Part shown: piece after piece, positions 1-13,216 of the stretch
Position numbering within the stretch: position 1 is the stretch's first letter
Layout: each line of letters begins with the position of its first letter
DNA from: Paramecium tetraurelia
Lineage: Eukaryota
DNA: 64,000 bases
Reading direction: 5' to 3'
Assembly: GCA_000165425.1 (NCBI GenBank)
Contig: CT868017.1
Coordinates: 62,001 to 126,000 of the forward strand
The notes under the pieces: generated by a model
Seen by the model: only the letters and a program-made list of their open reading frames with translations
Told to the model about the DNA's origin: nothing
Databases searched by the model: none
Made by a program: the position numbers and the translations under genes

Positions 1-1225
1 GAGTTCGATCAAGTTGGTGGTACTTCAGAGAGGTCGAATCAAAGGATTACTCGTACTTATTGACTCTGATCTGTCTTCTCAGGAACTGTTGAGTAGGCAC
101 TGACTTTTGTTATTTCAATTGAAATCGCATTCTCGGCACTTCCTCGTCGACTTACTCCAAACTCAAGAGACTGACTTACGATTTGTTGTGATAATCCTTG
201 CTTCTCTGTGTGATCACCACTTGAGCTTATTGTTTACCATGATTTTGGGCTTTAACTAAGAGTTTCTGCAAATCACTCTCCTTTTATGAGAATTCTTCAT
301 CAGAGACATCACTCTCATCTAAGATTTACTTGATGCTATTGTATGATTTGATTTCTATTTAAGTTTACAATCTAACTACTTTAGTTAATTGTCTGATGTT
401 ATCCACATCCCTCATTGACATATTCCTGAATAATTGAGGCTACAATCCAGGCACTGTACTCAATGACATGTTATATCTCGGTTGCTATAATTTGATTTCC
501 AATTGTTTAAGGGAGGAATTCGATTTCAATTTGGCATTCATCAATTTATATTGAGCCTTTATGTACAAGTCATAGGCGTCATCAACTACGGTCTTCTTCT
601 CTTTTGTGATTATCAGATTACGAAAAGCCTCGTACTTCTTTTCCGAGTCCATTATGGTTTTATCACATAATATGTTGATGTATTATTCCCTCCTTATCAT
701 GTATGACAGGAAAGTCAGCATGGCTCCAACACTCAATGGGACGTACTTATTTTCAATTGCATTCAATTGCAGTGTATTTTACATCTTAGTCATCATATTT
801 CTAAATGCTTTCAAAGCAGACGGATTTTCAGTAAATGCTTTAAACTCCTAGTAATTTAGAGCCCAATCTCTGTCCTAATCAATGTAGGAGTAAATCACTT
901 TGAGATCATTCTTACTGACTTCGAAACCAAAATGCTTAAACATGAGGAACATTTCAGCAATATCCAAAGTCTTCGAATCATTGTAGTCAAATACCTATAT
1001 AATCATTACACAACTCTTTACATTAAATATTTGTTTCAATTCCATCTGAATTCTTCGCTCCTCTGGGTAAAACAGATATTGTGGTTTCACCTTATCAGAA
1101 TACCTGCTCTTAAACCATTGATTCTAAGGTAGATTATGAAATTTATTTCTCTTATTCAACTTTCTCATCTCCTCGTCATCAAGCTTAGCAATGTCAGGAA
1201 CTTAATTCCAATCAACTTTATACAT
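1..1225 (-). CDS. EF-hand pair protein (3' end runs off the window)
   Basis: Code-6 translation MYKVDWNQVPDIAKLDDEE...ELKQIFN/VFDYNDSKTLDIAEMF...IDQDRDWALNYQEF gives two EF-hand loops. Inferred 27-nt intron at 995-1021. Confidence 0.75.
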
Positions 1226-1456
1226 AAAATAATAATCTTAAAATTTACATGCATTATCCAATCAAATAATTAAATCCAGAAATTATATTGAAAGTGTTCA
1301 AGTACGTATTTTCATACAAATTTTGAATTACCAAGGTTACCTCTTAAATTCATGATGATATAATGAATTAAGAACATGTATTTTTAATAGTAAATGAAAT
1401 AGAGTAATTGCAATAAATTCTAGTTAAATTATAATATTGTATGTGCATTTCAAATA

Positions 1457-2106
1457 TCAATTGTGGAAATTCCAAACCATAAAACCGGTGGTTCCCATAA
1501 ATGCTGCCCATCCCCAGAGTTCATAAAAACCTCTAAATCCATCATGATATTAGCGAATCACTTATCTGAAAATTGAAAAAGTGATTACCTATGTGTGCCA
1601 TTGCAAAAAGGAGCATTGGCACTCTATTTGCAATTACACAATTTATAATATCCTGATGTATCAACATTAAATTTAATTGGTCTATTTCTCGTGACAGAGG
1701 CATTGCACATTCCATCACACCATGGATTTGATTAAGAGATACCGCATGAACACCATTAGTAGATCTGAGATAATGCATCACACAATCAATACCTTTCCCT
1801 TTTGGAGATAACAATTGTAGGGATAGAAACCAGCAACATACGGGACTGAAGCGGGTCTATACTTACCTTCTGGATATGGAATGGACTCTGGGAGCAGGAC
1901 AAATTTCTATTCAGGGAAATCAGTAATATCATCCGGTTTTCTTTCCTTCCTGGCTGTTATTATGAAAATTAGGAGAAATTCTTACGTGGTGGAGGAGTGA
2001 CTATTTCTGGAGGCAATGTATAGGGGTCTCTAAGATGGGCTTCTCCGTGTTGGAGGATTGTAGAGACAGATCGATATTTAGCTGCCTTCTTCAAGATTTA
2101 AGACAT
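1457..2106 (-). CDS. CISD3: Mitochondrial CDGSH iron-sulfur domain protein (CISD3/MiNT-like, two CDGSH-type motifs plus C-terminal TM helix)
   Basis: After 3 small introns: YQWCSCGISQSNPWCDGMC and YKLCNCKQSANAPFCNGTH motifs, basic N-terminus MSQILKKAAKYRSVS, hydrophobic tail LWGWAAFMGTTGFMVWNFHN-TGA. Confidence 0.85.
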
Positions 2107-2123
2107 CCAAATTAAATTAATTA

Positions 2124-3308
2124 ATGGATTCTGCAATAGGCTCATATATTTGCTAAACTATTGATTGTAGTAAGCCTGCAACATTGTAATGTCCAACTTG
2201 TATAAAAATGTCTTTGGCTCCAGCATACTTTTGCGATTAAGAATGCTTCAAACGCTATTGGCCAATCCATAAGACTTATCACAAAAAATAAGAAGAGCAG
2301 GATGATCAGAAAAACAAGTTCAAATTCACAGGTCCACTCAGACCAGGTAAAATATCAGCAAGACTATTTGTTCCTGATCACATTAAAAAACCTGAGTGGT
2401 ATTTAAGTGGATAGCCAACTGAGGAGATGAAAAGTAAACTTCAATAAGTGGTTGATTGCAAGACTCCAGAGGACATTCAGAAGATGAGAGAGTGTGCAGC
2501 TATTGGTATGGTTTTATTTTCTAATGTTTTGTTAAGGCAGAGGGGCATTAGATGCTGGTCACGCTGCAGTCAAAGCAGGAGTGACAACCGATGAAATCGA
2601 CAAGATTGTTCATAAATACATTATTGATCATGATGCCTATCCATCTCCCCTCAATTACAATGGATTTAAAAAGTCCCTATGCACATCTGTCAATGAAGTG
2701 ATTTGCCACGGCATTCCTGATGATAGACCTTTAGAAAATGGGGACATCGTGAATCTCGATGTTTCTGTTTATTTCAAAGGATTTCACATAGATTTGAATG
2801 AAACCTATTTTGTTGGTGAAGTAAGTGAATCATCAAAGTTCCTTGTTGAAAAAGCCTACACTTGTTTGCAAAAAGCGATCGAAATATGTAAGCCAGGCAC
2901 AATGTACAGAGATGTCGGAAATGTCATTGAGAAATATATCACTGAAAATGGGTTGGCTGTCAATAGAACATATTGTGGTCACGGAGTCGGTTAACTTTTC
3001 CATTGTGCTCCAACGTAAATTTAGATTGTTAAACTTAGTATCCCACATTATGGCAAGAACAAGGCTCCTGGATTCATGAAGGTTGGACATACATTTACAA
3101 TTGAGCCTATGATTAATTAAGGAACTCATTAAGATATCCTCTGGACATTCGATAATTGGACAGCAGTATCTATTCACTTAATAATTAGGTTACTGCTGAT
3201 GGCTAGCGTTCTGCTTAATTTGAGCATAGTATTCTAATTACAGAGGGAGGATGTGAAGTATTGACAGCAAGATTGCCTACATCACCACCTTTAGACTTTA
3301 AAATATGA
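2124..3308 (+). CDS. METAP1: Methionine aminopeptidase 1 with N-terminal C6H2 zinc finger
   Basis: [17 protein letters not shown]...[15 protein letters not shown] zinc finger. M24A motifs [41 protein letters not shown]. Three tiny introns. Confidence 0.97.
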
Positions 3309-3380
3309 GTGGTATAATTTTATTAGAGTTTAATATGAATTCATATCATCTACCTATAATAATTATTTATAATTATAATT

Positions 3381-4586
3381 ATGTCTTCTGAAAATAAGGA
3401 AATAATTGAGGATAAAATTTACAAATAACAAACCAAAATAGATCAATTAGCAAGGAAATCTTTTATTATGAGAAAGATAGAATAGCCAAAAGATGAACAT
3501 GAATTGTAATTACTTAAAAGAATTGAAAAGTATTTATTACCTTTTCAGAAAGAGCCCGCTATGAAAGAGAAGAAACTAAAATTATTCAATCTCACTAGAT
3601 TTCATCTCCTCATTTTTGGTAGATCTTCATGAAGAGACACTACGATTTAGGTGCTTGGCTTTTATTGGATGTAACAACTAATTTTGCATTGTAATTCAAT
3701 TATCCTAAAATTGGTTAGATATTTCTTTGACACCATTAGAGTCAGAACACAAGCACAGAATAAGTACGTAGATATTTCTCATTTCAATCAAAACAATGTC
3801 AAAAACCTTCCCATCTATTCTGGACTTCATTATAAACTATCCTATGTAATCCTGAGTGATATTTTGCGAAATTTCACAAATCAAGTGAGATATCAATTAT
3901 TTATGGATCCCTCCTCCTAATTCGGTGTAATTCATCAATATGATCATTTAGAACTATAATTAATTAACCAAAATTTTGATACATGGATTGATTGCAGAAA
4001 CTACCATCACAACACTATTATTGCCAATTGAAATAAGAAAGATGGTAGTGTAATTGGGTTCATTTGATGCTAACATGAATCACTACATCAAATCATATAT
4101 GAGATGCTATTTCCCAGCTTTAATTAGGGATTCCCTCTTCTTTGTCAGTCACTCAATCACTTATAATCTACTGATGTATGGAGACCATTACATAACTTCA
4201 CTCTTTAGATCTGGGGAATTCACTCCACCACCTGTAATCCCTATTTATCATATGCTTTTTAGAATATCTTAAGAGGTGAAAGGGAAAGGAAGTTTACATG
4301 CATGCTAGGATCCTTAGGATTATCGATTTTGATCACGAATCCATTCGATGTCTTGGTCTCCAAGTTGGCCACTCAAAGAAATGTATTGATTTAATACCAA
4401 ATTCAGGAATCATACACTAACCCATTCTAAGCATTTAAGTTCATAGTGTCTCAGGAAGGATGGTCCAAGCTAATTGCCAGTGCCATCTCTTAAAGAATTG
4501 GTTTCTACTTCCTCAAAGGACTGGTGTTCTTTAGTTATTAGGATCGTGTTTATTAGATGTTCCATGATGCATTTAATTATGAGTGA
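3381..4586 (+). CDS. Mitochondrial carrier family (SLC25) protein
   Basis: Px[DE]xx[KR]-like signatures ITNPFDVLVSKLATQR and YFFDTIRVRTQAQ, hydrophobic segments, several tiny introns. Stop TGA at 4584-4586. Confidence 0.75.
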
Positions 4587-4626
4587 CTGTCTATATCAGC
4601 TAAAACATATAAAAAATTGTATCACA

Positions 4627-4710
4627 GCCTGTTTGCCCGAGCTGGTTAAGGGGGCAGACTTAAGATCTGCTGGAGCCTACTCCGCGTCGGTTCGAATCCG
4701 ACAGCAGGCA
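4627..4710 (+). tRNA. trnL-TAA: tRNA-Leu(TAA)
   Basis: GCCTGTT/AGCAGGC acceptor stem, anticodon arm GCAGA-CT-TAA-GA-TCTGC, long variable arm, GGTTCGAATCC T-arm, followed by oligo-T. Confidence 0.97.
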
Positions 4711-4711
4711 A

Positions 4712-4730
4712 TTTTTTTTATTTTTTTTTT
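4712..4730 (+). terminator. RNA polymerase III oligo-T terminator of tRNA-Leu
   Basis: T8-A-T10 run immediately after the tRNA discriminator base. Confidence 0.8.
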
Positions 4731-4765
4731 AACGAAAAATATGTAAAATTTGAAATTCATTAATA

Positions 4766-5813
4766 ATGAACTAGAATCCTAGCTCAAGGCTTCTCATCTT
4801 GAGACCAGATAGCTCAAATAAGAAATCATAAAAATTAATCAACTCAATGCTCAATTAAAGGAGTAATTGCATCAAATTACTATTAACTCTGAAATCGAGG
4901 ATCAATACAAGCAATCACTTATTGAAAATAAAATGCTTAAGAAAGAATTAGAATTTTAGTATCCTATTTTTAGTAATTATCGTTTAGCTAGTTACAAGAA
5001 CAATCAAAAGTGGATTAGATAGCATCAAAACCCTCTTATGAGTAATTAGAAAAAGAGCTCAATGATTTACAAATATTTTTTAAAAAATACTACAACCTTC
5101 AAGAAACGTAAGAAATCAACAATATATCGTATCTAGGCTCTTGAATAAGATCCCCATTTAGTTACTGAAGGATTGCTGGTTGGCTATTAATTAAACCTTT
5201 AAATCTCATTTCAATATTCATCAAACTATTTAAAATATTCAAGAAGAAGTTTCCCTCCTTGAGTAGGATTATAAACAAATCTTGCATGCGAACAAAGACA
5301 ACGATTCTGAAATCCAATACTTAGCCAAATGTAAATATAGAAATAAATTAATTAGAAAACATAATTGTTGAAAGAAGAGTTGAAATAGAAAAATGCAGAA
5401 AAGAAATTTAAATAAAACAATTTGAAACAAAAAAAATGGAATAAGAATTGGATGAACTCTAAAAAGAATTTGATTATATTTGTAAAATTGAGCAGAGAAG
5501 ATTCAATCAATAAATTGAAATTGAAAAATAATTAGTACAAGTCAGATAAAAAACAACCTAACCAGTTGTTGAATAAAAAACCTCAGTTTTGCCTGTCTAA
5601 AGAAGTCGATAACATTCTGATTACTTCAGACCCAATCAGATATCTATTGACTCTTAATAATCAATCAAACCTTTAATACTTCGAGCCCCTAAGCATAGCG
5701 CAGTGTAATAAGAAGCTGAAAAAACTAATCTAGAAAAAACTATAGATTAAACAAGATAAAAATTAAGTAGACAATTAAGTTTAGCCTCCAATCTACGTGA
5801 ATCAACAAAATGA
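4766..5813 (+). CDS. Hypothetical coiled-coil protein
   Basis: Long E/K/Q-rich code-6 frame from MNQNPSSR to a TGA at 5811. Intron positions are uncertain. Confidence 0.6.
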
Positions 5814-7108
5814 TATTATTATTTATAAATTGAAAACTCTCATTTTTTATTTATTAAAGTTTTAAATATCGAATAAAAAATATCAATGTGTTCTTAATCA
5901 AACACTATGTAATTCTAATATTTACATGTATAAAATCAATAAAAATGAATTGATAATGCATTACCTAAATATTATTGTTTAGCATATTTAAAATATTGTA
6001 AAACATATATGTAAATAAGTATCAGAATTATATAATTGACTTACAATAATTATTATTTAATGAAATTATTACTTCTTAGGTTTGCTAGAAGTTTATGTAT
6101 TTCAACTGTTTTAAGCGTACAGGCATAGATTATGAAACTATCTCAGATTTAGCATCAAAGCCTCAAAATTATTTGAAATTAATAGAAGATTTTTGTTTAA
6201 GATATAGATTGAGAAACCAGTAACACTCATTAGTCATAAAAAATGAAAAATAAGAGTTGTATGTATATGATAATCTATCAAAATTATTTAAAGATGTGGC
6301 TATATTAATATTTATAATAAAAATAAAATTTTATGTACAGCTTATTATAATTTCATACTATAAAGAGGATAGTCAAGAATATAAATATGCTCATGATGTT
6401 GTTGTAATCCTACTTAACTACAAGGTGTTAATGTGAGAGTAAATACCTTATAAGTTTATGTAAGGAAATGAAAATTAATTCTTAACTGTATTTATTGATG
6501 CTGAATGTAATGATGACCATGAATTATATTTTTTGTTTAAATTGATGAGCAACAATTAAAAAAGATCTTTAATTCCTTTGAACTCAAGATCTTTTTTGCA
6601 ATTTAGTTCTCTAATGATTAATTTAAATGTGATAATCCTTAATTAGATAAGAATTTAATAAGTACATAAGAAATGTCATTTCAATTTTGATAGTGATTAA
6701 ATTAATTATTTATCCAATTTAGATAGATGCTTGCTATATAAGGAATAAAGTTCTGAAATGCATTTCAAATAACTCAATAAATCTCTTCGATAATTTTTAA
6801 AAGTATTCTTGTGATATATTATAATAGATCAGGAAAGGATAAGTTAATTTGGAGCATTAATTAAATTATATATTCTAAGAATACTAAATGAATGATAAAT
6901 AAGTGGAAAAACTAAAAATAATTCGATTGTATTCGATAGACAAAAGTGAAATCCTTTAAAAAGTATATAAGAGAAAAATTGACTCAATTTAAAAAGGAGA
7001 AAATGGGGAATCAAAAGTCTAGAAGGAAGGAGAAATTGATAATAATTAATCAATCAAGGAAAATGGGCAAGTCAATTATAAAAAAAATGATATTGTTAAC
7101 ATATAGTT

Positions 7109-7682
7109 TCATTGTTTTTTCTTATTTGAACCAATCAATTTTTATGCTTTCTACACTAATTGTTTATGGTAGTCTATTAGAGCACTAGTAGATAATTTAG
7201 ATATCGGAGTGTTTTAGGTTTTTTTCTTTTCGCAGTCTCCATTAAACGAATGCAGTAAATAACGACTATTTGTTGACAATGTACGCGTTGGAGATTTTGG
7301 AGATGTGTCTACTTTTGGTATGTGGCTTTATCGTCTTGATATATAGGGATTGTGTAAAGGTTTTTAAAACCGTGTAGGCTTATTGCCCATATGTGGTTGG
7401 GATAAGACTCTTGTTCTAGTTTGCTAAAAACTATTGGACATAGGGTGTTTTTGATCTAGGAATTAGGTTAAGTAGGTCTTCATTTGATTTGATTCTTACC
7501 TCCATATTTTTAGGGTTTTGCATGCTCATTATAATCAGTTATTATAGTCGATTGCGTTCATCTTAGTAGTATGATTTGTTAGTGCTACTTGTGTTTGCTT
7601 TGGTTGATTACTTAGTCTCGCGATCTGTCCGCATTTTGGCAGATTTAATCATCACATAGTGCTCTTTGGTTGTAATTAACAT
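7109..7682 (-). CDS. Hypothetical basic, S/T/P-rich protein
   Basis: MLITTKEHYVMIKSAKMR..., with an inferred 22-nt intron, ending ...KLIGSNKKKQ-TGA. Confidence 0.6.
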
Positions 7683-7874
7683 ATAATATATTGCATATTT
7701 AAATTTATTCATAAGTTATTTGAAACAGTACCATTTTCTATTTTGTTCTTTATTTCTGAATTATCAGCCCAGCAGTTATATTTTGCACTAAAGTTGATGC
7801 ATATGATTTTTATCTAATTTAAATTGATTCTAATTTAACAAAGATGTGATCAAATCAAACTCTTGTTACTGATG

Positions 7875-8535
7875 TCAGAATTAAAGTGTTTAAATCAAAT
7901 TAAAACTGTAGAAATAAAATATTCTTTCAAATACTGATTTATTATTACTAAATTCATCAAGACCAAATTAATTGAGCAATGCATGTGTAAGGCCAAGTTT
8001 CAATTGTTGGTAAACTCCCTCTCTCCTCTTAATACTTTTGTATTATTGGATTTCCCTTTAAAGTAAGCTAAACATTTTTTGCTCCCTTTTTATTAAGGAT
8101 ATCAATAGTTTCCTCAAAATCCTTCAAATCACACAAACCAAGTTGATTATTAGATAAATTTAGAGTGTATAAGTATTACACATTGATTGATTACAGCAGG
8201 TCTTTCAGCATCTAATCAGATAGCTAAGAATTCATAATTGTAATGTCAATTAAAGGTACATCTTTTAAATCATTTTCAGCATTATAATTCTCTATCACAC
8301 TATTATCAATATGAATGGCTTCAAATTCACCCATTGAAAAGTATATATCGTCGAAGTTGTTAAAAATTCCCTTATTATGAAAATAATCAGATTGTTCTTG
8401 TTCAGTCATTTCGAAATAATCATCTTCCATAAGCGCAGCTGAGATCTCACCTATTCTTATACCTATGCCGCTTAATTTTGATATCTCTCCAAATTCAGGA
8501 TGTTGAGTATTTTCAATTATAATTTTTTTTTCCAT
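7875..8535 (-). CDS. Hypothetical protein with leucine-rich-repeat-like motifs
   Basis: The ORF-track frame continues through TAG: LYTLNLSNNQLG and LTLKGNPI resemble an LRR and LRR cap. The 3' end is uncertain. Confidence 0.6.
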
Positions 8536-9460
8536 TTATTATAATAATTCATTATTGATGTGATTTGTTTTTAGATGAAAATTAATTATCATTCCAAAAA
8601 CCATATAAACTAAATCAAAAAAGTAAATAAATTGTCATTACTTAAAACAATACAATTTATCAAATGATTTTAATCAAACCAAAAAGATTTAATAACCATA
8701 ATAACTATAAGAGAAAGTTAGATTAAATAAAATTCTAAATATTTATAATAAAATCCATTAATAAAGAACTTAATTTAAATTATATTATAGACTACAAATT
8801 GTTGAATTTCTTTACGAACATATTTTTAATCAAATTCTATTAAATACTTAATTTTTCATATTCATTAATAAAGATTTAATTACTTAATTTTAGAATAATT
8901 AACAAGACACATAACTAATATTTATAAAATAGTTATATCATCCTTGTGAAATATACAAAAAACAAAACGTTATGATTTTTAATATATTCGATCTAAAATC
9001 TAAAATAAAAGAAGATCATTATGTTAGACCGAATTTAACATTCTTATCTTTAAAACTTAATATATTCAATCATTCTAATCCATTTTTATTTCATTTTCAT
9101 CTTGATTAATTCTTAGCTTAATATTCTATTCAATTTATTAATCGCACTGTAAAATTTATGCAATCAAAATAAGACTATTAATTAAATCTTTAATTAATGA
9201 TATTAAAGAATAAATTGATTTATTACTTCAGTTCTATTTATATATTGTCAATTCCAAATCAAATTCCTAGCTCCTCAAGTAATTATCTTGGCATTTGTCA
9301 GTAATTGGAATTTATAATTTAGATTTTAGAAATAGATTTGAATTTTGATTGATTCTTCAAATCGTTGTTGAGAAATCTGAGTTAAAACAATATATTATAT
9401 GAAAAAAAGGAAGGAATCCCCCTCCAATTTATGAATGAAGAAACTAATACAAAAAAAAAA

Positions 9461-10176
9461 TCAAAAATATTATTCTCTTATTTTCTTCAATCCTTCTTTT
9501 AAATTTCTCAGTGTTATAATTTGATTATCTTAAATGTTTTATAGATTTTATTAACTCTATTATAATCTTATAATATTATTACACTAACTCTTCTAAAGTT
9601 TCCAATTCTATATATCTTTCTAGTTTTGTGCTTATTTAGCAGTTTAACTTTTTCAAAAAATCTTTAAAATTGGTGATCCTTAGATTATTTATTCAAGTAA
9701 ACATAACAGTCTGCAGTTCTATAATAAACTAAGTGATTAGTAAAGCTATATATACCTTCTATCAACTCTTAATATTTTACACTAGTTTAATTGATAACCC
9801 AAAAGTGAAAATGGATTTCCTTAGAACTAGATGTCTCCTGTTTTGAACAATATTCCAGATAATAATTTTTTTTTGATTTTCTTATTGTTCCACAATATTT
9901 AAACACTTGGTCAATTTTATCTAAATTGTCTATAACCAAAACATTAACATTGCTTCGATCTTTTACCTCTGTTTCCTCGTCAATCGAAGTTGTCTATCAC
10001 TATTGGTAATATTAAATTACATTTGTTTCTTTTTCTGAATTATCAAATCCTCTCTATTAACCCGCAATTTCTTAATCTGATCCATAAAAAATCAAATTTT
10101 ATTGCCAGGACATTTTGGCTAATTCAATATACTCCTCAAGAGAGTCAGCATGTAAGGCTCCTAATCTTTAACGCAT
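9461..10176 (-). CDS. Hypothetical protein with a degenerate small-GTPase (Rab-like) fold
   Basis: Open code-6 frame with 3 inferred introns: MRQRLGALHADSLEEY...VNVLVIDN...IHFHFWVINQTSVKYQELIEVYYRTADCYVYL...KIYRIGN...TGA. Confidence 0.55.
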
Positions 10177-12331
10177 ATCTGAATTTGCAATTTTTAAATA
10201 ATAAATTATCCTAAAATATTTGGGTATTCAATTTCAAAAAATTTATATTCTATGCTAAATTTAAGTAACTTAATCTTCAATCTAGAAATCACATATTTCC
10301 TCTAAGAATTAAATCCCTAGATATATTCAATGCATATGTCAAAATTAAAGATCCTAATCTTTCGATTTAAAAATTTGTATCAAAAATGATGTGAGACTAA
10401 GATAATTGACTTTAAATTTAAATACAAACTGATCCATAAATTAATTTTTGATTAACTATTCCTTTTCACCATTTAATAAAACAGAATCTAAATTATATAA
10501 CTTAATCTTCTCTTTAATTTATTAATTTAGTTATTTATTATTTGATACCATCCAGATGCTTGTAGTTTAAGCCAAATAAAGATAGAAGAAAAATAATGAT
10601 GAGAGTTTTTAAATTTCCATAAACTATCTGAAAAACTTATCCGCTTTTAATATGTATTTTTCTTATTTAACTAAAGTGCTTACTTTAGATAGATAATGTA
10701 TTCAATATGTTAATGTCATTTTTTTAATATCAAATTATAAAGTATTACCCAAATATTACCTAGATATTTTATAGTAAATTAACATAGACCATTTCTAAAA
10801 TGCTCCAGTTAAAGAAATAAATTCCAATGACTAAAGTACGTATTATTAAATTAAATAATAATTAGGAATTATTTAGAATTCAGACAAGCTGTTGAACCTA
10901 ATAATTCAAGTGTAATCCTCTACCAATATTATTTTATTATCTATATAAAGTGAAATAAATTAATATGCTTTTATTATTTAGACAAAAAGATTTATTTAAA
11001 TGCCTTTATAAAATAAATAAAATGATTCATTAAAAGTCTTATGTCTTAGCTTTGTATTTATAGCATAAATTTACGTAATGCCCTAATTGATGTTTTAGAG
11101 TGAGACCAAAACATATTCAGAACGTAATTTCTATTTTTAAACCTAAGTAAATATTGGTATTTCATTATTTTGTGAAGCGTTATTACAGCTTGAGTCAGAA
11201 GCACTATATTAAAACAATTAACCTTTTATAGATGCTTATTACTTATAAAACCTAAAGATGAATTATATTCTAAAATGCCTATAAATGTCTTTCGTAATAA
11301 CCAGTTTATTGAGTATTCCAACAACCTAAAATTGAGACTCTTTAAAGTATTATGGTTCAGAAGATCATAGTATTTTGATCAATTTGATATTTTGAAATTT
11401 TTGCTCTAGAGAAACGAAATATGACATAATATTGAAATTTTTTTAAAAGAATCTAGAAAAGCCTATATTTTGAAATAAGACAAAATGAAGATATAGATTT
11501 AGATTAAAATGTGATTTCTTTATTGACTAGGTTTAGTGCTTAAATTGAATTAAGAAATAAGTCCTGCCTAATTTTAATCTAATTAAAAGTGTTTGTAAAT
11601 TTGAAGAAAAAAGAGAAAAATAACTGAATGAGGGCATACTTGTTATTTTTAAAGAGTATAGTTAGAAGAAGTCACTTTCGATATAATAAGATTCTATATA
11701 GAGTTTATTGAATCAAACTATGGGTTGTAATTGTAAAAATATTGAAAAATACATCATTTCAATTTGTTATCGAATTCAACGAAAATTCAAATACATACAG
11801 AAGACAATGTATTATTAATTTTCTAATCATAATACCATGTAATGTAAAATTATATTAAAAACAGTTATAAAAATGATGTTTGTTCCTTCATTGTTTTCAA
11901 TTATAAGTTGACTTATTGAACAGTTTATTCAGTCACTCCAAAGTTATTGTGTTATTTGGCTACAATAAACTCTTTCAGGAAATTGTAATTGATTCACAAT
12001 TGTTTTAAAAATGATGTATCTTTCTTATATTATGAATATTATTTAGAAGTTCGGTTGATTCAAAAAAGGAACCTGATATCGTTTTCAAAGTGCAATCAGA
12101 TTCATCATAAGTTTAAAATTAATGATAATTAAGGTATGGATTAAATTTGAGTTGAATTGAGGTAAAATGTAAAATTACTGAAAGCATTCGGCTCATCAAA
12201 TTAAGTCTGAATTATTATACTCTGTTTAAAGGAGTATTTGCTATTAATAATAATACATTAAATAGTGTAATTGAGTATATTAGATTGTTTTTTAAATCTT
12301 TTTTTACTAAAATATTAAATAATAAACATAC

Positions 12332-12655
12332 ATGGGATAAAGTTGTTGTAACAAACAAACAATAGAATAAAGTAATGAGCACATGACAGAATTGTGTTAA
12401 AATATGGATGGAGTCAAATTTTGTGAAAACCTTGATGATATTTTTAACTCAAAGGAATGTAACTCTAATCAAGCAAGAGTTCTAAGCTCTTAAATAATAT
12501 TTACATTTTAATAATAGTTGCCTCTTACATTATCATAGGAATGTAGTTATTATGAAAAAATGAACAGCATTTAAAAATACAACTTTGACGAAGAAAGCCC
12601 AACATTTAAGGCTTAAAAAAACGTACTATCAGAAAATGATATATATCGAGATTGA
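12332..12655 (+). CDS. Small hypothetical protein with N-terminal myristoylation/palmitoylation-type motif
   Basis: Intronless 107-codon code-6 ORF starting MGQSCCNKQ and ending in TGA. Confidence 0.65.
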
Positions 12656-13216
12656 TTGAGTTTATACTACTCTCTTCAAAAAATACATTGAATTCATTTA
12701 AAGAATTAAATAAATTATAGACATTATCCCTATATTATTATTAATTAAAATTAGTATTCATATCATTAAAAGTGGCTATACATCAATAATATAAAAAATG
12801 TTATCTAAAGGAAATCAATTAGTAAATGATGAATCTATCTTGAAAAATAAATAACAATATTATTTTGAAGAAGTAACCAAATATCTAATAATTTTAGAAT
12901 AATGATGGTTTATTTAGATTAATAATTATCGATATAACTAATTATTTTATCAATTGCTATTTCAGGTTTATTACAGTATAGTATCGATAATAATCTACAC
13001 AAATCAAAGGTATAAATGAATTTTGTTGAATACGTTAGGATATGTTATGCATAGAAATCTTAATAAAAATCAATTTTAATGAAGTTGGCTATGTAATTAC
13101 AAGTAATTTATTATTGGATATGAGTTTAAAATGCAAAGAAGCTATAATTCTAATCATAAATTAAAATAAATTGATAAAACTTCTTCATAATCTAAGCCAA
13201 ATTAAAAAATAAAATT

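Noticed and set aside
4627..4710. tRNA with TAA as a possible stop-reassigning tRNA-Gln
   Set aside because: Anticodon UAA reads the Leu codon UUA, and the long variable arm is Leu-type. The reassigning tRNA would have anticodon UUA or CUA.
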